DNA of 64,000 nucleotides from Trypanosoma brucei (taxonomy: Eukaryota), in the NCBI GenBank assembly GCA_000002445.1, contig CH464491.1:1568001-1632000 (forward strand). Direction: 5' to 3'. How positions within the stretch are numbered: the first letter of the stretch is position 1; every line of letters starts with the position of its first letter. Position numbers and translations under genes: made by a program. This document shows, piece after piece, positions 28,508-36,353 of the stretch. The notes under the pieces were generated by a model. The model made no database searches and had not been told where the DNA came from. It worked only from the letters and a program-made list of their open reading frames with translations.

Positions 28508-31500
28508 ATGCTTGACCGCCGGCGGCCACGTGATGAAAACATCACCCCGAGTGACAACCCCCCATTTAAAGGCCTGTTGAGTATGAAGGCGCTGACCACG
28601 TCAATAGAAACTGGCGGATCCGCCGGTGATGACACGGAAGGTCGGATGACTGGAAATGAAAACGCAGAGTTTGCTTACGGTAGCGGTTTTTATCTTCAGG
28701 AGGAGTACCTTGAGCGTCTCCGGCGTCGTGGGCATAGACTCAATAACACGGAAACTGATAATTTTGGTGACGACGCAGACAACAACGATAGGAGTGAATT
28801 AAGTGGGAGCCGCAGAGATAGGACACAGCGAGGGGAGGCATCTGACGTTGAGCTTATTATGGACCATAATCTTCAACCACGTTTTTTCCGCCTTGGGAAT
28901 GACTTTCCGGCCGTTTCTGCGTCGTCCGTACTCGATGGGGAGGGTACAAATGAATCGATGTTGCCACTGAATGTTATCACTGCTCACGACACCGCAGGTG
29001 ATATTATCATTCCTGTTGTAAGTTCAAGTTGCAGAATGGCGCAACAAGCTCAAAAGGGAAGCACTTCGTTAGCTGCTTTGAAGCGTCAGCAGGAGTCTGA
29101 GCGCGCTACGCGGGAGGCGATGGACACCAGTAAATCACAGCTGACGCGATTGCTTCAAAAGGGGGAAATTGGCCAAGAGATTGAGGTTGTAGACCAGTCG
29201 CATAAGCCAAAGGGACTGGACAGTTGGTTGCTGGACTCCACGAGGGATACCGAAGAAGATCTGGAAGGCGAAGAAGAGATGCTGCGACGCAAAGTGCGAA
29301 GGGAGCGCATACGGCTGGAAAATTCGTTGAACCCGTCTTCTGCTAACGGAGCGATGACTGCGGAAACAGCAGCAAAAGAGGAGGAGCGGGATGTTCGGGA
29401 GAGGAATTATTTGGATGTGCAGCGGAGGCGACAGGAAAAGTTGGACCGCGTGAGAGACGCTAAGGAGAAGTGGGAACGTTCAACAAATGATGCTGAGGTA
29501 AGCGGAGCACGGCGTATTGCAATTCTTACAATACAACGTCAGCTTCCAATCTATCGATGCAAAGAGGAGCTGCTCAGATGCATCGGAGAGAATCCAGTTT
29601 CCATCGTAGTTGGCGAGACCGGAAGCGGGAAGACCACGCAACTCGTACAATACCTGTACCAACGTGGCTATACTCGTGGTGGAGGAATTATTGGATGTAC
29701 GCAACCGCGGAGACTTGCCGCCATAGGCGTTGCCCGTCGTGTAGCGGAGGAGATGGGTTGTGCGTTAGGTACTCGAGTGGGTTATGCTATCCACCTCGAT
29801 GACAACACTTCTGAGGACACTGAAGTGAAGTTTATGACGGACGGTGTGCTTCTACGAGAGATTGTTCGTGATCCGAACGTGGATAAATATAGTGTGATAG
29901 TACTTGACGAGGCTCATGAGCGGTCTGTTAACACGGACGTTTTGCTTGGTGTATTACAAGCGGCAGTCCGCCGTCGATCAGACCTGAAACTGGTAGTAAC
30001 ATCTGCCACGATGGATATCTTGAAATTTTCAAAGTTCTTTGGTAATGCGCCGTGTTATGAGATACCTGGCCAATCGTACGAGGTGGATGTGCAGTACGCG
30101 ACGGCCCCTATTGAAGATTACGTGTTGGAAGCGGTTTTCCGCGTGTGCCAATTACACATCCAAATGCCACTGGAAGGAAAACATGACATATTAGTTTTTA
30201 TGACGGGTCGTGATGACGTGCTTGGAGTGTGTTCACTTATCCTTCGTCGTCTTCAAGAAATGGATCCAAAGTGGCTCGATTCTCTTCTGTTACTACCGTG
30301 TTTGTCGGAGGCAGTTGGCGCAACGGCAACCGGTGTTCTTGATCCTACACCCAGCGGAATGAGAAAGTGTGTTGTTGCAACCAATGTTGCAGAGACATCC
30401 TTGACCATTGATGGTATACGCTATGTTGTGGATTGTGGGTTCATGAAAACAAATGTATTCCGACCCAAACTCGGGATGAATACACTGCAGCGGTATCCCA
30501 TCTCTCAGGCGCAAGCAAATCAACGAAAAGGTCGAGCGGGCCGAACGGCAGAAGGCATCTGCTATCGTTTATACACTGAAAGTCAGTTCAAACACGAAAT
30601 GCTTCTTAGTAGCGTTCCCGAAATTCAGCGGAGCAGTATTGATAGCGTGGTGCTTCTTCTTAAAAGTATTGGTGTGTCACGCTTGATTGATTTTGATTTC
30701 ATGGACCCACCCCCTGCCGCGAATATAAGACGCAGCATGTGGCAACTTTGGGTACTCGGGCTTCTGGATGATAACGGGAATATAACGGCAGACGGGAAGT
30801 GCGCTTTAGAATTTCCACTTGCGCCGACACTTGCTAAAGTACTTATAGAAAGTACGGTGCGCGAATGCTCGGTGGAGGCGGTGCGTGTGGTGTCGGTGAT
30901 TTCAGCTGATCCCAAAGGACTTTTTGAGCTTCCAAAGGGTAGCGAAGAGGCCGCACGGCAGCACCACAGTCGGTTTCATGTGAATGACTCAGATCACCTT
31001 GCATTACTTAACGTCCTCACACATTTCATAGAAAACGGAAAGTCACGCCAGTGGGCAAGGGACCACTTTCTGCATCTTCCCACACTACTCCGTGCATGCG
31101 AAGTTCAACAACAATTACTCGAACGTTTGCGTCAGTTGAAACGCCCTATTGTTTCATGCGGAGCGAAGGGACTTGATCGAGTTCGTCAGTGCGTGGCCTC
31201 AGGTTTTTGTCTCCTTTCAGCACGACGGTCGAGTACAAACTGGAGTGCCTACCGTCCTATGCTTAACGCGGGGGTGACGTGTTACGTGCATCCGTCCTCT
31301 GCAGTGTATGCACGCGCGGAGATGCCACTTTATGTGGTTTACCACGACCTCCTTCTCACAACTCGAGAGTATCTTGTGATTGTAACTGCTGTGGAACCCG
31401 AGTGGTTGGTTGAGGCTTCTCGGGGTGTATTCATTGTGAAAGGATCACCGAAGGGCCTAGTGACCTCAGCGGCCACTCCTTCGGGTACCGCAGTGGTAGA

Positions 31501-31648
31501 GAACAGGAGTGTAACAGGTCGCGTGGTATCGGAAACCTTGCAGAATCCATCACCCATTCCACAAGGATTATCAGTCCCACGTCCTCCGGTTCATCAACCG
31601 AAATCAAAGGGGGGAATGGTTCTTACAAGACGGCGAAACAACATCTGA
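28508..31648 (+). CDS. DEAH-box ATP-dependent RNA helicase (spliceosomal Prp2/Prp16/Prp22-class)
   Basis: ATG at 28508, preceded by a ~95 nt polypyrimidine tract and AG at 28457. Motif I VVGETGSGKTTQLVQYL, Ia TQPRRLAAIGVARRVAEEMG, II VLDEAHERS, III SAT, IV FMTGRDDV, V TNVAETSLTIDGIRYVVDCG, VI QRKGRAGRTAEGICYRLYTE. C-terminal HA2/OB-type region. About 340 aa charged N-terminal extension (EEDLEGEEEMLRRKVRRERIRLE). Confidence 0.9.
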   Translation: MLDRRRPRDENITPSDNPPFKGLLSMKALTTSIETGGSAGDDTEGRMTGNENAEFAYGSGFYLQEEYLERLRRRGHRLNNTETDNFGDDADNNDRSELSGSRRDRTQRGEASDVELIMDHNLQPRFFRLGNDFPAVSASSVLDGEGTNESMLPLNVITAHDTAGDIIIPVVSSSCRMAQQAQKGSTSLAALKRQQESERATREAMDTSKSQLTRLLQKGEIGQEIEVVDQSHKPKGLDSWLLDSTRDTEEDLEGEEEMLRRKVRRERIRLENSLNPSSANGAMTAETAAKEEERDVRERNYLDVQRRRQEKLDRVRDAKEKWERSTNDAEVSGARRIAILTIQRQLPIYRCKEELLRCIGENPVSIVVGETGSGKTTQLVQYLYQRGYTRGGGIIGCTQPRRLAAIGVARRVAEEMGCALGTRVGYAIHLDDNTSEDTEVKFMTDGVLLREIVRDPNVDKYSVIVLDEAHERSVNTDVLLGVLQAAVRRRSDLKLVVTSATMDILKFSKFFGNAPCYEIPGQSYEVDVQYATAPIEDYVLEAVFRVCQLHIQMPLEGKHDILVFMTGRDDVLGVCSLILRRLQEMDPKWLDSLLLLPCLSEAVGATATGVLDPTPSGMRKCVVATNVAETSLTIDGIRYVVDCGFMKTNVFRPKLGMNTLQRYPISQAQANQRKGRAGRTAEGICYRLYTESQFKHEMLLSSVPEIQRSSIDSVVLLLKSIGVSRLIDFDFMDPPPAANIRRSMWQLWVLGLLDDNGNITADGKCALEFPLAPTLAKVLIESTVRECSVEAVRVVSVISADPKGLFELPKGSEEAARQHHSRFHVNDSDHLALLNVLTHFIENGKSRQWARDHFLHLPTLLRACEVQQQLLERLRQLKRPIVSCGAKGLDRVRQCVASGFCLLSARRSSTNWSAYRPMLNAGVTCYVHPSSAVYARAEMPLYVVYHDLLLTTREYLVIVTAVEPEWLVEASRGVFIVKGSPKGLVTSAATPSGTAVVENRSVTGRVVSETLQNPSPIPQGLSVPRPPVHQPKSKGGMVLTRRRNNI

Positions 31649-32215
31649 GTATGAAACTTATAATAGCGTAGGTGTTTTGAAGCGACATTGTAGGTTTTTT
31701 ACAGGTTCTCACCTTCCTTCACCTCCTCAAAAGCTACGTCGTTAGTTTTGTATATCGATTTCATGCTTATTGGCGTTTTGGTGCAGCATGGGGAGGGAGC
31801 ACAAAAGGAAGCGGCTCACATAGTCGAGACGATCGGTGTTGTTTCTTCATATTTATTATCATTATCTCAGACAGTAAATCTACGTGTAAATCTGTATGTG
31901 GATATATTTGCCTAGCTCTTTTGTTACTACCCCTGTCTGCTTTTTTAAAATTTTTTGACGTGGTCTTTGCGGTAGGTAGGGGGGGGATCTGACTTTGGTA
32001 GCGAGGGCACTCGGACATATTCTCTTTCGTCGTGTTTGGTGACACGGTCGTGGAAGAGTTAACGTATCACCCCACAACCCACAGTCCCCACATAACATAA
32101 GTTTACCGCTTAATTTTTTAGCGGAAACCACTAGAAGTTTTTTCCATTATATTTCGTTAAGGTTGGTGAGTTTTTGCACGTTTCCTTTCATTCGTATTTT
32201 CCCGAGAAGTGTTCC

Positions 32216-35200
32216 ATGCGTTTTTTTAGCGGGTGGTTTTCACCACGTAACGTGAGCCTCAAGCAAATAGCGGACTATCCTGTTTACATATGGCAGATTC
32301 CATGTGGTAAGACATCTTTAGATAAAAATGGAAAACTTGTTGTGAGCGGTACATCGACAAAGGACATAAAAAACACAGGTGGGTACCTTGACAGTACACA
32401 CAAGGAGTGTTGCATGGTTTTCAACTTCACACCGTTGTTGAAGGAACTTGAGGCTGCTTTTAAACACGGAGAAATACTAGACTACTCAAAGCAGACCATT
32501 GAGGATTTCACGTTATTGATTGAGCTGTGTTCCACGATCGCAAAGTGGGCGCTCGCCGACCGCGGGAGGGCGGGCTACTGCGCCGTCCTTGTTTTTTTCG
32601 AGGAAAGTGACGCAGTTCACATTCCTAGCTATGCAGCTATGATTGCTACGTGCTTTTACATTTTTGCAGGTGGGCAGTCCTATTGGGGGAAATATACGCT
32701 AGATTATATGGAGAAGCAACTGGGTATTCCGCGTAGCAGGTATCACTTTCAATCACAAGAACACTATGCAAATTACTTCCAGTTGCTTCTAGACGTACCA
32801 GTGGTACCTAGCAACAAGCGGCGTAGGCTCGTCCGTGCTTCCTTGTATAACGCGGAAGCGATTAAAGATGCGAAACTGAGTCTCCTTGTGCAGTGTGAGG
32901 GTGAAGAATTTCTCATAGACGATGCGAATGCCTGGGAGGTTGTGGATGATTCAGTCATTCATTTTGACGTGCCGTATCCGGTATGTATCTTTGGGGATTT
33001 TGCTGTAGTGCTGTTACGAAATGGCAAGCTGTTGATGGAGCAAATGAAGAAAGAGAACGTTATTGCGCGTTACGCATTTAGTACTATATTTGTCCACGAA
33101 GATAATCACCAAATTCACGTTCGAAGCATGGATTACGCTGAGAAAAACAACCTCACGGGTGATTTTTACATTACTCTACACTTTGTAGACGGGGAAACAA
33201 GGAGCACGGATTCGGCTTATGCTGACCAACTTAGGAAGCGCATTGATCAGTCGCCCAGACAAAAGGCGTTTTTATTAAATCCAGAGTCGTTCGGAGCACA
33301 AAATGGTTATGCCACCTCTTCCAGTCACCGCCATGATGATGATCTTATGGGTGGAGTATATTATCGAGCTGATGGAACTCAAAGAGGGGGACACAAACAC
33401 AGCGGAAGAATGCGGTCATCTTCTGCAGCGGTTAGGGAGCCTGCAGTTCTCATTTTAGAGCAGGAGGAGGAGAGGCTTTATCAGGATGACGAGGAGTTGG
33501 CTTCATTTGCTGGTTCCCTCTACGATGAGGATGATAAATGCGAGCAAAAAACAGCATCTCACTCATCTCCTCGGGACCCAGAGAGTTCACCGCTCCCTCC
33601 GTCTGCAACATTACCGCCACCGCCTCCGCCAGCGGCTGAGAGGTTACCAGCTCCCCCGCCACCCCCTGTAAAGCTACCGCCACCACCACCACCACCGGGC
33701 GGGAAGTTGCCGCCACCGCCGCCACCACCACCGGGCGGGAAGTTGCCGCCACCGCCTCCCCCGCCTGGAAAAGCGCCACCACCACCACCAGGCGGAAAAC
33801 TTCCCCCACCTCCACCACCAGGAGGTAAAGGGGCGCCCCCTCCGCCACCGCCACCTCCTGGTAAGCTGGGTCCTGGTGGAGGTCCTCCGCCACCGCCGCC
33901 ACCCCCACCACGTGGGTTAGGGTCACTAGGGGTGTCGGCATTGGGTGGACCAAAGGCCCCAGTGCCCAAACCTGCGTATGTTGGCCCAAAACTCAAGACG
34001 TTCTTTTGGAAGAAGCTCCCCAGGGCAATGGGTCTGTGGAGTCATGCTGATACCGCGGCTGTGGAGAAAGTTATCGATGAAAATTTTCTGTTAGGGATGT
34101 TTGAAGTTCGGAAGAAGTCCTCAACTACTATGGCAAAGAATAGCGAGGCGAAAGCTCCAAAGGGTAACAGTCTTCGAATGAGTACTGCTTTGACAGATCA
34201 GAAGCGACAAAACATTGCCATTTCACTAAAGAAGCTGAAGTTGAGTGTAGGCGACTTATGCCGGGCACTAATAGAATGCAACGACGAGGTGTTGCCATGT
34301 GATGTTTTGGAGTCTGTATATGCAGCTTTTCCCACAACGGAGGAAGTGGCTTCTCTTCGAGCCGAGCATACAGCCGGAAATGTCGAATGGACAGATGTCG
34401 AAAGATACATGCACGAACTTTTTAGCACCGTAGTGGACGTACGTGACCGCATTCCCCTATGGGTAGCAACGCAAACGAGTGTAGAGTTGGTTTCATTTAC
34501 GGAGGAACGACTCGAACTTATAGGGAGAGCAGTGTTGGCCGTCACAAAGAGGAACTCTATGCTAGCTGCGCTTCTCCACGTTATTCTCTCGATCGGAAAC
34601 TTTATGAACCGTGGGAGTGCCCATGCAAACGCCCCGGGATTCCGTTTGGAGAGTTTAAACCAGATGAACTTCGTGAAAGCGGTAGATGGAAAGACAACTA
34701 TGCTGGAGGTGGTGATTGTCTCGGTTCTTGACCGTGACCCTGGATTGCTTAAATTCATGGATGAGACAGAGTGTATCGAGGATATCTGTGGTACAACCAT
34801 ACAAGATGTAGGGCAAAGTGTTTCTCAACTGAACTTCACACTGCAGAAAATGCGGCGTGCGGTTGAGGCGGCGAACCAGTTACATCTGCCCGGAAAAATA
34901 GATGCGAAGCTCCCCCCTGGGGTAGTAGACGCACTCCCCAAAGTTCTGCAAGGATACTTGGAGAAGTACCTGGCGCCAGTCTCCCAGTTAGCCATACGTC
35001 ATCAGCGGCTTAAGGAAGATATCGCGGAGATGCTGGAAAGTTTCGGTGAGGACCCAACTATGGACGAGACGGTATTCTGGAACTACTTTTTGCAACTGCG
35101 GATGGAGGTGGGGAACATCCTACAGCGCGTTGAGAAGGAGGAGGTTACCAAGCAATCGCTACTGCGATCCGTGGGCGCGGACGGCGAGGGTATCGGTAGC

Positions 35201-35230
35201 AAGCCTGAAGACTCTTCCAAGAAAGAGTGA
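32216..35230 (+). CDS. Formin (FH1 polyproline + FH2 domain)
   Basis: Track start 32174 is TTG; first ATG 32216 (MRFFSGWF). FH1 at nt ~33588-33915: repeated GGKLPPPPPPP / PPPPPGKAPPPPP units. FH2 from ~33985: KLKTFFWKKLP..., ...GNFMNRGSAHANAPGFRLESLNQM..., lasso/knob/post-like segments through ~35160. Confidence 0.85.
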   Translation: MRFFSGWFSPRNVSLKQIADYPVYIWQIPCGKTSLDKNGKLVVSGTSTKDIKNTGGYLDSTHKECCMVFNFTPLLKELEAAFKHGEILDYSKQTIEDFTLLIELCSTIAKWALADRGRAGYCAVLVFFEESDAVHIPSYAAMIATCFYIFAGGQSYWGKYTLDYMEKQLGIPRSRYHFQSQEHYANYFQLLLDVPVVPSNKRRRLVRASLYNAEAIKDAKLSLLVQCEGEEFLIDDANAWEVVDDSVIHFDVPYPVCIFGDFAVVLLRNGKLLMEQMKKENVIARYAFSTIFVHEDNHQIHVRSMDYAEKNNLTGDFYITLHFVDGETRSTDSAYADQLRKRIDQSPRQKAFLLNPESFGAQNGYATSSSHRHDDDLMGGVYYRADGTQRGGHKHSGRMRSSSAAVREPAVLILEQEEERLYQDDEELASFAGSLYDEDDKCEQKTASHSSPRDPESSPLPPSATLPPPPPPAAERLPAPPPPPVKLPPPPPPPGGKLPPPPPPPPGGKLPPPPPPPGKAPPPPPGGKLPPPPPPGGKGAPPPPPPPPGKLGPGGGPPPPPPPPPRGLGSLGVSALGGPKAPVPKPAYVGPKLKTFFWKKLPRAMGLWSHADTAAVEKVIDENFLLGMFEVRKKSSTTMAKNSEAKAPKGNSLRMSTALTDQKRQNIAISLKKLKLSVGDLCRALIECNDEVLPCDVLESVYAAFPTTEEVASLRAEHTAGNVEWTDVERYMHELFSTVVDVRDRIPLWVATQTSVELVSFTEERLELIGRAVLAVTKRNSMLAALLHVILSIGNFMNRGSAHANAPGFRLESLNQMNFVKAVDGKTTMLEVVIVSVLDRDPGLLKFMDETECIEDICGTTIQDVGQSVSQLNFTLQKMRRAVEAANQLHLPGKIDAKLPPGVVDALPKVLQGYLEKYLAPVSQLAIRHQRLKEDIAEMLESFGEDPTMDETVFWNYFLQLRMEVGNILQRVEKEEVTKQSLLRSVGADGEGIGSKPEDSSKKE
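33588..33915 (+). repeat. Coding proline-codon tandem array (formin FH1), ~7 units of ~33-36 nt
   Basis: Repeated ccgccaccaccaccaccgggcgggaagttgccgcca-type units encoding GGKLPPPPPPP. The antisense gives a Gly-rich artefact ORF. Confidence 0.85.
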
Positions 35231-35426
35231 GTGTACTTTTTCATCGCCATGACGGAGGAGGCGGTGGAAGTTCGGGCCGCGCGACAACATTTACAAGGAG
35301 GGTAAAGCAAGGAAGATGAACAGGGGTTGCCTTTTGGGCGAATATACTGGAAGGTGCCTTGGTGAATCCGCTCATGTGCGGTCTAATTTGATTTGTGCGC
35401 TGTGCTGTGTTACCCGTAGCCAAATA

Positions 35427-35447
35427 ATATATATATATATATATATA
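35427..35447. repeat. (AT)10 microsatellite
   Basis: atatatatatatatatatata in the formin-polyQ intergenic region. Confidence 0.9.
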
Positions 35448-36353
35448 CTTCGCAGTAGTAGTAGAAGAGGTGCCCATCGTTACATGGACGAATATTATAA
35501 TGAGCAGTGTGGTGAGCAGAAGGGAAGAAACACATTTTTGTTTACGTTACTTCCGAATTCCATCTAACAAAAAAAATGTATTCTCGCTGCTGTATCGTCA
35601 GCTGCTGTTTAATTCACTCATTAACCACTGCTTTCCGCTGTCGTCGGCAACATTGGTCGGGGAATGTATCTCAGTCTAACCGAAAACGGAGACAATGAAG
35701 CAGTTGTGGAGGTCAAGCACTTGAGTGCACGTGGAAGGGGCACTCTTAACGCACCGTCGTACACCGAAGTTGGAAGTGCTGCGTCCATTGGGAAGTATCT
35801 TAGCCTGGAAATGCGCGGGCACCGTATCTTTCCGGAAAGGAAAAGACGGGGTCATACCGGGGGTTGAAACTTCACATTGTGTTTCCCCGTGTTACCTCTC
35901 CGTTCATCCCATTCCTTCAGTGGTAAGCTAAAAAATTGGTTCGACTACGTATAGACAATGGCATTATATATACATATGTCCGTATGCAATTCCTCTCTGG
36001 TTGCTGAATACTGTACCTCGTACGGTGTAAATATCGGGGAGATTAAAATTGCAAAGGCTGTCAAGTAATATTTATGATTTCTCCTTCCTGCTGGACGTCG
36101 TACCCGTAGTTTTACAGGTAGAGAGAGACACAGGAAGTACCACATTTCAATTTCGTTAAATGCTTGTAAGAAGACATAAACATAGAAATTGGAAGAGGCA
36201 AATAAAGTGTGTGTTCTGGCAGGGGTGCTTTCCGTCAAATTTTCCCTTTCATGCTTTGATGTCACCATTTTCCACCCTTTCTTTTAACTTCCGTTTTATA
36301 CCTTCTACGATTGAGAAAAGGTTGTGGTTCTCGCCACCGCGAAGTACCGGGTC

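Noticed and set aside
28508-31648. Checked whether the DEAH helicase or any other gene might contain one of the rare kinetoplastid cis-introns
   Set aside because: All conserved helicase motifs are collinear in a single uninterrupted frame. No GT...AG-bounded interruption is needed to restore homology in any gene examined.
31977-31987. G8 run (and C9/C10 runs at 55012-55021 and 63892-63900) as possible G-quadruplex or regulatory elements
   Set aside because: Single isolated homopolymer runs without the three additional G-tracts needed for a quadruplex. Common in trypanosomatid spacers.
33559-33996. 145-aa Gly-rich ORF on the - strand (GGGGGGG... repeats)
   Set aside because: Exact reverse complement of the formin FH1 proline-codon array (CCN/GGN symmetry). 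It lies antisense inside a well-supported + strand gene in a unidirectional kinetoplastid cluster.
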